A stretch of DNA of 64,000 nucleotides from Planctomycetota bacterium (GTDB lineage Bacteria; Planctomycetota; Phycisphaerae; Phycisphaerales; UBA5793). The DNA lies in assembly GCA_013112555.1 (NCBI GenBank), contig JABFGK010000001.1:2796034-2860033 (forward strand), given 5' to 3'. Below, piece after piece: positions 1 to 9,612 of the stretch; the stretch's first letter is position 1; every line of letters begins with the position of its first letter. Made by a program: the position numbers and the translations under genes. The notes under the pieces are model-generated. The model was not told where the DNA came from. It was given only the letters and a program-made list of their open reading frames with translations, and made no database searches.

Positions 1-480
1 CGGCTCCGGCTTCCGCTTGGCACGTGCGGAGGCTGCAAAATGCCCGACGGCCTGCTTGTCGGCCCCCTTGATCGTGATGATCTGGCGTTCGACCTGCACA
101 TCGAGGCCGGCCGGGATCGGCATGATCACGGGATCGCAGTAGCCGACGTTGAGGACGAGTTTGTTGCCCTGCAACTGCGGGCTCCACCCTGAGCCGACGA
201 CTTCCAGCCTTTTCATGTAGCCCTCGGTCACGCCGACGACCATGTTCTGGATGAGCGACCGGGTCAATCCCCAGTAGGCACGGTACTGCCGTTCCCCGGT
301 CTTGTCCTCGGGAATGGTGCACGCAATGGTCCGGTCCGATTCGTTCCACTGCACCGTGACTTCCGGCCGATGCTCCATCTGCAACCTCGAGCCGCCTTTT
401 TCCACTGTGACCGTGCGGCCGGTGATGGACACCGAGACGCCGGCGGGAACAGTGACTGGTTTTGATCCAACGCGGGACAT
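1..480 (-). CDS. rplF: 50S ribosomal protein L6 (C-terminal end runs off the window start)
   Basis: Reverse frame is open from the ATG at 478-480 to position 1. Translation MSRVGSKPVTVPAGVSVSITGRTVTVEKGG...GYCDPVIMPIPAGLDV is L6-like. It follows rpsH in the conserved spc order. Confidence 0.9.
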   Translation of the reverse strand, partial: MSRVGSKPVTVPAGVSVSITGRTVTVEKGGSRLQMEHRPEVTVQWNESDRTIACTIPEDKTGERQYRAYWGLTRSLIQNMVVGVTEGYMKRLEVVGSGWSPQLQGNKLVLNVGYCDPVIMPIPAGLDVQVERQIITIKGADKQAVGHFAASARAKRKPEP

Positions 481-616
481 GCTGATCGCTCCTCGTCGCT
501 TACCTGCTGCCTCAATCCGGATTCGCTACCGTCCGGGTCAATACCTCGCTCGCTCGCTCACTCATCACTCAGCGGCCGCCTCGCACGGGCACTGCTGCGG
601 TCCGTGGGAAAGTGCA

Positions 617-1015
617 TTAATCCACCGTGGCCAGCAACTCGCCGCCGATGTTCTTCTCGCGGCACTGCCGATCACTCAGCACGCCGAAACTCGTGGACAC
701 GATGGCGATTCCGAGCCCGTCCAACGGCTTGGGCATGTCTTTGACGCCGCAGTACACGCGCCGCCCGGGCTTGCTTTCCCGTTTGAGTGAATGCAGAATC
801 TTCTCGCCGCGTGAACCATACTTCAGGTGCACTCGGATCAGTCCCTGTCGGCCGTCTTCGATGACGTCGTACTTATCGACGTATCCCTCGGACTGGAGGA
901 CATCACAGATCCCTCGGTTCACCTTGCTGTTCAAGCAATTGACCTTCTTGTCGCGATTCCGAACCGCATTTCGGATCCGTGTCAAGGTATCGGCAATCGG
1001 GTCGTTCATTGACAT
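617..1015 (-). CDS. rpsH: 30S ribosomal protein S8
   Basis: 132-aa ORF starting MSMNDPIADTLTRIRNAVRNRDKKV, a canonical S8 N-terminus, in the spc-operon position. Confidence 0.95.
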   Translation of the reverse strand: MSMNDPIADTLTRIRNAVRNRDKKVNCLNSKVNRGICDVLQSEGYVDKYDVIEDGRQGLIRVHLKYGSRGEKILHSLKRESKPGRRVYCGVKDMPKPLDGLGIAIVSTSFGVLSDRQCREKNIGGELLATVD

Positions 1016-1211
1016 AGTGCCAGTTCCTTCAGCGTCGCAGCACAGCGTGCTCTTTCTTAATCCGTCAGCCTGTCGCTGTCGTCCTCTCGTCGCCCACCCA
1101 CGGTTCGAAGCCGGCCTCAGATGTCGTCGTCGTTGTCGTCGGGCAGTGCCCTGGACGGACGTCTGGTGTCGAGCATCGACCGGGGGGAGGGGTCGGTCGG
1201 GCGCAGTCGGG

Positions 1212-1397
1212 CTACCAACTTGCCTTTCGCATCCCCGGGATCATGCCCTGGTGCGCTAACTCGCGGAGCATGATTCGGCTGATTCGAAACTTGCGATACA
1301 CCCCGCGTGACCGGCCGGTAATCTCGCACCGGCGGACGCGTCGCGTGGAAAACTTCGGTGTTCGCTTGGACTTGGCAATCTGTGCTTTCGTCGCCAT
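1212..1397 (-). CDS. rpsN: 30S ribosomal protein S14 (short 61-aa type)
   Basis: Internal ATG (1395-1397) of ORF 1212..1580 gives [61 protein letters not shown]. It sits between rplE and rpsH. Confidence 0.9.
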   Translation of the reverse strand: MATKAQIAKSKRTPKFSTRRVRRCEITGRSRGVYRKFRISRIMLRELAHQGMIPGMRKASW

Positions 1398-1566
1398 CTT
1401 GTCGTCTACTCCGTCTCTCGATCCCGGCCTCTGATGCATCTCCGTGATGCGATCCGGGCCGCGTCGTGTCAACTCTGTCTTCTCTACGCGCTCAGGCCGC
1501 TTCGTGGTGCATGGTCGGTCCCACGCATGCCAACCGGCGGCCCACTGATCGGTTACCACTGCCTGG

Positions 1567-2175
1567 TCAACCGGTCTCATCCTCCCGCTTGAACGGGAAG
1601 CCCAACTCAGTCAGGACGAACCGGCTGATCTCCGGCGTCGAGTTCCTGAACACGAGGTTGATGTGCATCCCGTGCGAGATATTGATCGACCCCATATCAA
1701 TCTCCGGCCAGACTGCCTGCTCGGAGAATCCGAACGAGTAGTTGCCGGCTGCATCAAAGGACGTTCGGCTCAGGCCTCGGAAGTCACGAACACGCGGGAT
1801 GGCCAGGTGGATGAGCCGTTCGAGGAAGGACCACATCCGGACTCGCCGCATCGTGACCTTCGTCGAGCCGAGGGCTCCTTCACGGACCTTGAAGTTCGAC
1901 ACGGACTTCTTGGCCTTGATCAGGATGGGCTGTTGCCCGGTGATCGTGGAGAGCGTGTTCAGGATGGTGTCACGAGCCTCGGGGCGCAACTTGTTGTTCT
2001 CAAGAAAGTCGCCCATGCCGACGTTGACCACGATCTTGTCGAGTCGCGGCAGCGCCATCGGGTTCGTGATGCCGAACTTCTCGGTCACCTTCGGCCATAC
2101 CTCGTTGTGCAGCGTCGTCTGGAGGGCGCTGATCGCGGGGGCCTGCTCTGTTTCTTCTGCTGTTGCAACCGTCAT
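1567..2175 (-). CDS. rplE: 50S ribosomal protein L5
   Basis: 202-aa ORF with ...[14 protein letters not shown]...[11 protein letters not shown]..., which are L5 signatures, in conserved operon order. Confidence 0.95.
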   Translation of the reverse strand: MTVATAEETEQAPAISALQTTLHNEVWPKVTEKFGITNPMALPRLDKIVVNVGMGDFLENNKLRPEARDTILNTLSTITGQQPILIKAKKSVSNFKVREGALGSTKVTMRRVRMWSFLERLIHLAIPRVRDFRGLSRTSFDAAGNYSFGFSEQAVWPEIDMGSINISHGMHINLVFRNSTPEISRFVLTELGFPFKREDETG

Positions 2176-2261
2176 ACTTCAATCCGTCCTATGCAGCCGT
2201 CCGTCAATGGGAGGTCAGCCTGGCTGACGTCGTGTTCCCGTACCGACCGACATATGCCTGT

Positions 2262-2621
2262 CTAGGCCTTCTTCGTCTTCTTCGATTTCGCGGGGGCACT
2301 CCGCACGACTGACAGTTCACTGCCGTCCCGCACCGCTACCCGGACCTTGGAGCGATCCTTCTTCACTTCGAATCGAACTCGAGTCGCCCGCCCGCTCTTA
2401 TCGACGGGGCTGACGTTCGAGACATGCAGCGGCATCTCTTTGGTCACGACGGCCCCCTGCGGGTTCATCTGTGACGGCTTGAGATGCTTCGTCTTCGTAT
2501 TGATTCCCTGCACGATCACCTGGTCCCGCTTGGGGATGACCTTGAGGACGGTCCCGGTGCGACCCTTGAAGTCGCCGGCCGTGACCATGACCGTGTCACC
2601 GGATTTGATATGTCGTGGCAT
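2262..2621 (-). CDS. rplX: 50S ribosomal protein L24
   Basis: 119 aa starting MPRHIKSGDTVMVTAGDFKGRTGTVLKV (KOW motif). It sits between rplN and rplE. Confidence 0.95.
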   Translation of the reverse strand: MPRHIKSGDTVMVTAGDFKGRTGTVLKVIPKRDQVIVQGINTKTKHLKPSQMNPQGAVVTKEMPLHVSNVSPVDKSGRATRVRFEVKKDRSKVRVAVRDGSELSVVRSAPAKSKKTKKA

Positions 2622-2623
2622 GG

Positions 2624-3010
2624 TTAGAGCACCTCCGTGGCCAGGCTGACGATCTTCAGGTAGCCCTTTTCTCGCAACTCTCGCGCGACCGCCCCGAAGA
2701 TTCGGGTTCCCCTCGGGTTGCCGTCATCGCCGATGATGACGACGGCCGGCCGATCAAAGCGAATGACGGACCCATCGGGACGTCGAGTCGGGTAGGCGGT
2801 TCGGACCACGACGGCCCGGACCTTGTCCCCGCTCTTGATGTCCGTCCCGGGCAGGGCCTTCTTGATCGAGCACACGACTCGATCGCCGACCCCGGCGGTG
2901 CGTCTCGTGTATCTGCCCCGAGCCGTCGAACCGCCCAGGACGCGAATCACGTAGGCCACCTTGGCTCCCGTGTTATCCGCGACGTCTACTCTTGATTCTT
3001 GCTGCAACAT
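2624..3010 (-). CDS. rplN: 50S ribosomal protein L14
   Basis: [27 protein letters not shown]... is a canonical L14 N-terminus. Confidence 0.95.
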   Translation of the reverse strand: MLQQESRVDVADNTGAKVAYVIRVLGGSTARGRYTRRTAGVGDRVVCSIKKALPGTDIKSGDKVRAVVVRTAYPTRRPDGSVIRFDRPAVVIIGDDGNPRGTRIFGAVARELREKGYLKIVSLATEVL

Positions 3011-3129
3011 CGCTGTCTATCCGTTCGCTACGCGTTCCGTATCTCTCTGCTGCCGGCACCCGAACGCTCGTGTTCCTGCGCCGTCGGCCTGCCGACCAAT
3101 CCTGCATCCCGTTGGTTCGACCTGCCGAC

Positions 3130-3426
3130 TTATGCCTGCCGCTCGGCGGCCTGCTCGACGACGCGGACAATGGTCCACTGCTTCGTCTTGCTCATGGGGC
3201 GGCAGGGCATCAACTCGACCTTGTCCCCGACCTGGGAAATGTTGTTCTCATCATGCACGGCCAGGGCGGAGCTTCGCTTGATGTACTTGCCGTACTTCGG
3301 GTGGCGCGCCTGAAACTCAATGATGACGCGCCGCGTTTTGTCCGCTCGAGCCCGATCGACGACACCGAACTTGGAGCCGTGAATCTTGCCGCTGGATTCC
3401 GTGGTACTGGTGGCTGGTGTCATCAT
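3130..3426 (-). CDS. rpsQ: 30S ribosomal protein S17
   Basis: 98 aa with ...[44 protein letters not shown].... Its start overlaps the rpmC stop by 4 nt. Confidence 0.9.
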   Translation of the reverse strand: MMTPATSTTESSGKIHGSKFGVVDRARADKTRRVIIEFQARHPKYGKYIKRSSALAVHDENNISQVGDKVELMPCRPMSKTKQWTIVRVVEQAAERQA

Positions 3427-3632
3427 GATGCCTGAGCCTCTCTACCCGTCTCGCGCTGTCGCTGCTCGGTGAGCAGACGGGCAATGTCTCTCTTGGTCTT
3501 GAGAAACTGTGACGTGTCCTCGATCTTCTCGGTCACCGCCTGCGTCCGCAGGTCAAACAGATGACGCCGCAACCGGCCCACCTCGCTGGCGACCTCTTCA
3601 TCGCTCAGTTTCCTGACTTCGCTGGCCTTCAT
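3423..3632 (-). CDS. rpmC: 50S ribosomal protein L29
   Basis: 69 aa starting [31 protein letters not shown], in the operon position after rplP. Confidence 0.9.
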   Translation of the reverse strand: MKASEVRKLSDEEVASEVGRLRRHLFDLRTQAVTEKIEDTSQFLKTKRDIARLLTEQRQRETGREAQAS

Positions 3633-3756
3633 GGCTTCTCGCTCGCTTACGCTGTCGGGCCTTCACCGTTCGTGTCAATCCGTCCGTTGTGAAGTCACCC
3701 GTGTGTCTGGTGTGCTATTCTCGTTCCGTCCATGTCCCGGAAACCGTGGCGGCCGA

Positions 3757-4176
3757 TTACACCGTCAGTCGCCGCTCGATCAACCGGCACCTGGTCGGCA
3801 TCTTCATGGCGACGCGTGCCAGGGCGTTCTTGGCAGCCAGTTCCGGCACGCCGGCGATCTCAAACAGGACCGTGCCGGGCTTGACGCGTGCTGCCCAGTA
3901 ATCCGTGTCTGCCTTGCCTTTGCCCATACGTGTTTCCAGCGGCTTCTTCGAAATCGGCTTGTCCGGGAACACGCGAATGAACACCTTGCCCTGACGGTGC
4001 AGATAGTGAGCAGCGGCAATACGCCCTGCTTCCAGCTGCCGGGCCGTGACCCAGGCCGTCTCCAGGGATTGGAGTCCAAAGTCACCAAAGGCAACGTAGT
4101 TGCCCGAGGTGGCATTCCCTTTCATCCGGCCGCGCTGCTGCTTCCGGTACTTGGTTCGCTTCGGCATACGGGGCAT
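3757..4176 (-). CDS. rplP: 50S ribosomal protein L16
   Basis: 139 aa starting MPRMPKRTKYRKQQRGRMKGNATSGN, a canonical L16 start. Confidence 0.95.
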   Translation of the reverse strand: MPRMPKRTKYRKQQRGRMKGNATSGNYVAFGDFGLQSLETAWVTARQLEAGRIAAAHYLHRQGKVFIRVFPDKPISKKPLETRMGKGKADTDYWAARVKPGTVLFEIAGVPELAAKNALARVAMKMPTRCRLIERRLTV

Positions 4177-4280
4177 CTGAATCTGCTCCTGTCAGTCAAC
4201 CAACTCACCTGTCTGGAGCGAAGCGGCTGACGTCTGTGCGTCCAACCGTTTCGCCGACCCATCCCACCGATCGCCTGCGA

Positions 4281-4982
4281 TCAGTGACGGCCTCTGGCTC
4301 GGGCGCGCCCGCCGGCAGCCGTGGATTCGTCTTCGTCGTGCGATTCGTACATGCCGGTGTAAATCCACACCTTGCATCCGATCACACCGTATTTTGTCAC
4401 GCTCGGCGCCAGGCCGTAGTCCACATTCGCCTGCAGCGTCTGCAGCGGGATCGACCCGAGGCTGACGGTCAGCCGCCGGCTCATTTCAGCCCCGCCCAAT
4501 CGGCCGGCGATGCTGATCTTCACACCCTTGGCACCCGCCTGCATCGACTCTTCGGCCGTCTTCTTGAGAATGCGGCGGAAGCTGGCGCGACGCTTCAACT
4601 GTTCGGAAATGCTCTCGGCCGTCAGTTGAGCAGACAGGTGCGGGCTCTTGATCTCCTTGACCTGGATGTCGACCTTTCGGCCACCGGTCAGTGCCTGGAG
4701 ATCCGTCTTCAACCGCTCGATCTCGCTGCCCTTCGGGCCGATCACCAGACCCGGTCGTGCCGACCGAATGATGACCTTGAGTTCCTCACGCGTCCGCTCG
4801 ATCTGGACTTCGGACACGGCGGCATACGGCGGCGTCCGGTTCAGGCGATGGTCGATGTACTTGCGCAGTCGGTAATCCTCGACGAGCAGCGGGCCGTACA
4901 GTGACTTCGGTGCATACCACCGACTCCGCCATGGCTCGGTGACGCCGATTCTGAATCCCAACGGATGACACTTCTGTCCCAT
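4281..4982 (-). CDS. rpsC: 30S ribosomal protein S3
   Basis: 233 aa starting MGQKCHPLGFRIGVTEPWRSRWYA with a KH domain, in conserved order. Confidence 0.95.
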   Translation of the reverse strand: MGQKCHPLGFRIGVTEPWRSRWYAPKSLYGPLLVEDYRLRKYIDHRLNRTPPYAAVSEVQIERTREELKVIIRSARPGLVIGPKGSEIERLKTDLQALTGGRKVDIQVKEIKSPHLSAQLTAESISEQLKRRASFRRILKKTAEESMQAGAKGVKISIAGRLGGAEMSRRLTVSLGSIPLQTLQANVDYGLAPSVTKYGVIGCKVWIYTGMYESHDEDESTAAGGRARARGRH

Positions 4983-5142
4983 GAGTCACTATCCAGTCAT
5001 GTGCCGACGTTGCAGTGTGGTGCCGGGTCGGCTGGTTCGATAAGGCTCTCTGTTGCTCGGCTGTAGCGCCCTACGTCACGTCGTATCCTCAGCCCGCCAT
5101 CGTCATCCGGACAACGGCCGGCGGTGTGTTCGTCTTCCCTAC

Positions 5143-5622
5143 TTACTGTTCCTCAACGGCCACCAAGATGTGGCTGGTTCGCTTGAGGATTTGGTGAGCC
5201 CGACCGCGATCCTTCGGCTGGAAGCGCTTGATGGTCGGCCCCTCGTCGGCCCGCGATTCGACCACGACGAGTCGGGTCACATCGGCGTCGGCCTCTTCGG
5301 CCGCTGCGATGGCCGTATTGAGCACCTGCTTGACAAACACGGCAGCGCGCTTCTTGCTGAATCGCAGCATGCTGATGGCCGAGTCAATGTCGTGCCCCTG
5401 GATCAGGTCGGTCACCAGCCGTGCCTTGCGGGTCGAGATTCGAGCCCAGCGGTGCTGGCCCTCGAACTTGACAAACGACTTCAGGTCGGCCTGCAGCGCG
5501 CCGGCCAGATTGCGCACATCGTCGTGCGTCGGGCGCGGCTTGTAGTCACCGCGACGCCAATTCCTGAATCGCCGACGGGGCATCAAGCCCGGGGCGCTCG
5601 ATCGCAGCGGCCAGTGCCTCAT
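5143..5622 (-). CDS. rplV: 50S ribosomal protein L22 (as-sequenced ORF; probable true start at 5677 in another frame, see findings)
   Basis: Conserved L22 core ...ARISTRKARLVTDLIQGHDIDSAISMLRFSKKRAAVFVKQVLNTAIAAAEE.... A 43-codon ORF (5546..5677) upstream in a different frame fills the rpsS-rplV gap. Confidence 0.85.
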   Translation of the reverse strand: MRHWPLRSSAPGLMPRRRFRNWRRGDYKPRPTHDDVRNLAGALQADLKSFVKFEGQHRWARISTRKARLVTDLIQGHDIDSAISMLRFSKKRAAVFVKQVLNTAIAAAEEADADVTRLVVVESRADEGPTIKRFQPKDRGRAHQILKRTSHILVAVEEQ

Positions 5623-5750
5623 CGGTCACGCCTGCTGCCTTGATCGCCTGATTGAACTTGTCCACGTTCAACTTCATGGTGGTCCGCTTCCTTTCAACCA
5701 ACACCAACCGTGACCTACCTGCGGTGTGCGGTGTTGCTCAAAACCCCCGC

Positions 5751-6035
5751 TCAACGTCTGGCCTTGATGCCTTCCTTCTTGTTCGTGTGGCCACGGAAGA
5801 ACCGGGTCGGGCTGAACTCGCCCAACTTGTGTCCCACCATGTCCTCGGTCACGAACACGTCCATAAACATTCGGCCGTTGTGCACCTTGAATGTATGGCC
5901 GACGAATTCGGGAACGATGGTGCAGCGGCGTGCCCAGGTCTTGATGGGCTGGCGGCTGCCTGACTCGTTCATCCGAACCACCTTCAAATACAGACTCTCT
6001 ACAACATACGGGCCTTTTTTGAGCGATCGCGGCAT
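5751..6035 (-). CDS. rpsS: 30S ribosomal protein S19
   Basis: 94 aa starting [19 protein letters not shown] and containing ...[27 protein letters not shown]. Confidence 0.95.
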   Translation of the reverse strand: MPRSLKKGPYVVESLYLKVVRMNESGSRQPIKTWARRCTIVPEFVGHTFKVHNGRMFMDVFVTEDMVGHKLGEFSPTRFFRGHTNKKEGIKARR

Positions 6036-6087
6036 AGTCGTCTACCTTCTGGCCTTGTTCGTCATCATCATCGACACGGGCACCATC

Positions 6088-6972
6088 TCAGTGCGGGCCG
6101 TGCCCTCGTTCCTTCTTACAGTGACAGCTGCCCGTACCGGACGCTGCGTCGGCGTCGGATGATTCGCTTGTTGCTCGCCTTGCGGCGCTGCGCGTCCGCC
6201 CACCCTTTGCCGAGGTCCCGGAGGGTCCGGCCGGCAGGCGATCACCCTTGCTTCGTCCTTCACCGCCGCCCAGCGGGTGGCAGTGGTGACTCATGGCAAC
6301 ACCACGGACCTTCGGGCGCCGACCGAGGTGCCGGTTGCGACCGGCCTTGCCCAGGCGGACCTGTGAATGATCGGTATTGCCCATCTGGCCGATGGTGGCC
6401 CGGCACTCAACTGAGACCTGACGGATTTCGCCGGACGGCATCACGAGCGTGGCCCACTTGCCTTCCCGGTTCGTCAGTCTGGCATAGGTGCCGGCGGCCC
6501 GACACATCTGGGCCCCCTTGCCCCGCAGCAGTTCCAGGCAATGCACGTTCAACCCGGTGGGGATGAACTTCAACTTCATGCAGTTGCCGACCTTCGGCTC
6601 GATGCGTTCGGTGCTGCTGCTCATGACGGTATCGCCGTCAGTCAGGCCCATCGGGGCCGGGATGTAGGCTCGGGTGCCGTCTTGGTATTCAAGCAGTGCA
6701 ATGTAACTGGTGCGATTCGGATCGTACTCGATGCCGAGCACGGTGGCCGCCACCCCGTCCTTGCGACGCTTGAAGTCGATGGCCCGATACCGTCGCTTGT
6801 GCCCGCCGCCGCGGCCGCGCACTGTAATCTTGCCCTGGCAGTTTCGCCCGCCGGTCTTGGTCAGCTTCCGCAGCAGCGTCTTCTCCGGCGTGGACTTGGT
6901 CACCTCGGCGTGGGTATTGACCGAGGAGTTCCGCCGGCCGGCGCTGGTTCGTTTGTATACTCGGATGGGCAT
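6088..6972 (-). CDS. rplB: 50S ribosomal protein L2 (C-terminal ~25 codons appear out of frame; corrected stop would be 6116-6118)
   Basis: MPIRVYKRTSAGRRNSS...GGGHKRRYRAIDFKR...HPLGGGEGRS is canonical L2. The tail SAARRATSESSDADAASGT... is atypical, whereas the adjacent frame reads KASNKRIIRRRRSVRYGQLSL*. Confidence 0.9.
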   Translation of the reverse strand: MPIRVYKRTSAGRRNSSVNTHAEVTKSTPEKTLLRKLTKTGGRNCQGKITVRGRGGGHKRRYRAIDFKRRKDGVAATVLGIEYDPNRTSYIALLEYQDGTRAYIPAPMGLTDGDTVMSSSTERIEPKVGNCMKLKFIPTGLNVHCLELLRGKGAQMCRAAGTYARLTNREGKWATLVMPSGEIRQVSVECRATIGQMGNTDHSQVRLGKAGRNRHLGRRPKVRGVAMSHHCHPLGGGEGRSKGDRLPAGPSGTSAKGGRTRSAARRATSESSDADAASGTGSCHCKKERGHGPH

Positions 6973-7094
6973 AAGTCAGTCCAACCTCTTCTGTTCCAGT
7001 CTCAATCCCGGATCAGGTCGATGCCCTGGGAGGCACCATGCTGTCCGTCTCAGTCCGTTCGACCCTGTGGCCGCCGGAGGGGGTGGCAGGCGAT

Positions 7095-7370
7095 TTAGAA
7101 GAATTCGATCCGATCCTCAGGATGGACCTTCACAATCGCCTTCTTCACATCACCGGTGTAGCGGTATCCCCAACGGGTCCGTCGCGTCTTGCCCTTACGG
7201 CGGATGGTGGAGACGCTCTCGACGCGAACGCCGTACAACTCGACGATGGCTTGCCTGATCTGCGGCTTGCGGGCCCGCCGGTCGACCTCAAAGACGTACC
7301 GATTCAACTCGGCTGCGTCCGTGTTCTTTTCAGTCAGCAGAGGCCGTCGAATGACTGTGGTTGCTTCCAT
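7095..7370 (-). CDS. rplW: 50S ribosomal protein L23
   Basis: 91 aa with ...IRRPLLTEKNTDAAELNRYVFEVDRRARKPQIRQAIVELYGV.... It sits between rplD and rplB. Confidence 0.93.
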   Translation of the reverse strand: MEATTVIRRPLLTEKNTDAAELNRYVFEVDRRARKPQIRQAIVELYGVRVESVSTIRRKGKTRRTRWGYRYTGDVKKAIVKVHPEDRIEFF

Positions 7371-7371
7371 G

Positions 7372-8079
7372 TCACGCTACCTCCTTCGACGTCCCGGCTT
7401 CTGCATCGGCAGCGGCACCGTTGTTGCCGCCTGAGCCGGTCATATATGCCCCGTCGACGAACTTCTGCAGGCTGTCGCGGTCAATGACGAGGAATCGATG
7501 GTTTAAAAGGTCAAAGACGTTGAGTTGATCCCAGCGGATCGTGTCAACGTCATCAAGGTTGCGAGCCGAGAGGGCTGTGTTCATATTGGAGCCGTCCAGG
7601 GCAACCAGACAGGTTCGATTAACGCCGACGGCCTCGAGCAAAGCCTGTACTGCCTTGGTCCGAGGCCGGTCCAGATCGAGCGAATCGATGATCTTGATTT
7701 CCTGATCCACCGCTTTGGCCAGCAGCGCATTGCGGTTGGCCAAACGACGCATCTTCTTCGGCATGCTCTGGTGATAGTCCTGACGGGTGCGCGTTTTGGC
7801 AAACGTCACGCCGCCACCCTTACGGATGTTCGACCGGACCGTACCCATACGGGCGTTGCCGGTACCTTTTTGTCGGTAGATTTTGCGAGTGGAGCCGGTG
7901 ACCATCCCACGGCTACGCGTGCGGGCAGAACCCTGGCGCCGATTCGCATGCTGCCTGACATAGGCTTGTTTGAGCAAAGCAAAACGGACTTCACCGCCCA
8001 GTTGTTCTTCGTCCAACTGGAAGGTATCGACCTTCTTGCCCTTCAGGTTGTAGACCGTCAGTTCGATCATTGTTTGCAC
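7372..8079 (-). CDS. rplD: 50S ribosomal protein L4
   Basis: 235 aa with ...RQGSARTRSRGMVTGSTRKIYRQKGTGNARMG... as the L4 signature. Confidence 0.95.
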   Translation of the reverse strand: MQTMIELTVYNLKGKKVDTFQLDEEQLGGEVRFALLKQAYVRQHANRRQGSARTRSRGMVTGSTRKIYRQKGTGNARMGTVRSNIRKGGGVTFAKTRTRQDYHQSMPKKMRRLANRNALLAKAVDQEIKIIDSLDLDRPRTKAVQALLEAVGVNRTCLVALDGSNMNTALSARNLDDVDTIRWDQLNVFDLLNHRFLVIDRDSLQKFVDGAYMTGSGGNNGAAADAEAGTSKEVA

Positions 8080-8477
8080 CTATCCACGCAGACGGTTTGG
8101 TGTGGCATGGGCTGTGAGGCCCTGATTCGTCTGCGCCCAATCTGGTTCCGCCTCACCCTCCGCTGCCATCTCTCAATGTTCCGGCAGGGCAGGGGTATGA
8201 CTCGGATGCGTTTCTACTGCACAGGCAGCATGGTTGTCGATGCCGGTCAGTTCCGATTCCCTCATCCCGATCGCTCGTGCAATCGGCCCGAGGATTCGTG
8301 ATCGGCTTGTCCGGCCGGGTGGGAACCTGCGGTTCCCGGCCCGTCAACGCCCTTTCGCGTGTGTCAGCCTTTCCAGTTCCAATCGCTCTGAGTTGCCTGT
8401 GATCCCGGCACCGTTTGCCGGCCCACGGCCACCCAGTCAGTTCGCTTGTTTCCCCACATACTCCCGATGATTGGCCA

Positions 8478-9179
8478 TCACCCCTTCTTGGCGGTGCTGA
8501 CCTTCAACTGCTTGGACTTGCCCAGCCTCTTGGAGGTCCGGATCAGGACCATACCGTCATTCGGCCCGGGCACGGTGCCCTTGATCAGGAGCAGATTCTG
8601 CTCCGGGATGATCTTGACCACATCAAGGTTTCGTGATGTGACCGTGGCGTTGCCCATGTGGCCGGCCATCCGCTTGCCCTTTTTCGGCTTCGGGCCGGTC
8701 CCGAGGTTGATGCCGCCGCCGCCGATTGAGCCGGCCGACCGGTGCTTCCGCTCAACACCGTGGGAGGCCAGCTGGCCTTTGAAGTTGTGACGCTTCATGA
8801 CGCCCTGGAAGCCCTTGCCCTTGGACGTGCCAACCACATCGACGTACATCACACCTTCAAATGTCTCGACCGTGATGGCCTGCCCGATCTCGTACTCGGC
8901 CTCGTCGCCGGCGTCCAGCCGCACTTCGCGGTGGAATCGCTTCGGGCTGAGGCCGGCCTTCGCATCGTGGCCGATCATCTGCATGGTCGAGCGCTTCGGG
9001 TCAATATCTTCGAATGCCAGCTGGATTGCACTGTACTCGTGCTTGTCCGCATCCTTGACCTCCGTGACATAGCACGGGCCGGCCTGGATGACGGTTACGG
9101 GCACGTTTTTCCCATCCTCACTGAGGAAGAAGCGGGTCATGCCGACCTTCCGGCCGAGTATGGCTGCAACCTGTGGCAT
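8478..9179 (-). CDS. rplC: 50S ribosomal protein L3
   Basis: 233 aa starting MPQVAAILGRKVGMTRFF and containing ...GTSKGKGFQGVMKRHNFKG. Confidence 0.95.
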   Translation of the reverse strand: MPQVAAILGRKVGMTRFFLSEDGKNVPVTVIQAGPCYVTEVKDADKHEYSAIQLAFEDIDPKRSTMQMIGHDAKAGLSPKRFHREVRLDAGDEAEYEIGQAITVETFEGVMYVDVVGTSKGKGFQGVMKRHNFKGQLASHGVERKHRSAGSIGGGGINLGTGPKPKKGKRMAGHMGNATVTSRNLDVVKIIPEQNLLLIKGTVPGPNDGMVLIRTSKRLGKSKQLKVSTAKKG

Positions 9180-9303
9180 CGTGTTTACTCTCTCGCTCGT
9201 GTTCTCAGTCAGGGGTCCGGACGCCTTCGGGCGTCAAGACATGGCTTTGGTGTTGGTCGATCGTCCGTTGCTGAGCAACCGGAAGACCGTTGGCATTGGA
9301 TTC

Positions 9304-9612
9304 CTACGCTCTGATCTTCACGAAAACACCGGCCGGCACGGTCAGGCGGTTCAATGCCTCGACGGTGCGTGGGTTCGGCTCGGAGATGTCGATAATCCGC
9401 TTGTGTGTCCGGATTTCGAACTGCTCTCGCGATTTCTTGTCGATATGCGGGCCTTTCAGTACGGTGTACCGCTCGATCCGCGTGGGAAGCGGAATTGGCC
9501 CATAGACTTTGGCACCAGTTCGCTTCGCACTGTCGACAATATCCTTAGCCGAGGTATCCAGGGCCAGGTGGTCGTAGGCCTCCAAACGAATTCTGATACG
9601 GCCGCCATCCAT
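9304..9612 (-). CDS. rpsJ: 30S ribosomal protein S10
   Basis: 102 aa with [40 protein letters not shown]. It is the first gene of the S10 cluster. Confidence 0.95.
   Translation of the reverse strand: MDGGRIRIRLEAYDHLALDTSAKDIVDSAKRTGAKVYGPIPLPTRIERYTVLKGPHIDKKSREQFEIRTHKRIIDISEPNPRTVEALNRLTVPAGVFVKIRA

Noticed and set aside
264-790. ORFs 264..515 (-) and 302..790 (+) overlapping rplF/rpsH.
   Set aside because: They are in the wrong frame or strand relative to clear L6 and S8 coding sequence, and their composition is not protein-like.
5546-5677. Treating the 43-codon ORF upstream of rplV as an independent gene, or the junction as a programmed +1 frameshift.
   Set aside because: There is no slippery or stall motif at CAG-G-AAT. 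The window shows many other homopolymer indels, so a sequencing insertion is the simpler explanation. I kept the observation as a finding about the possible L22 extension.
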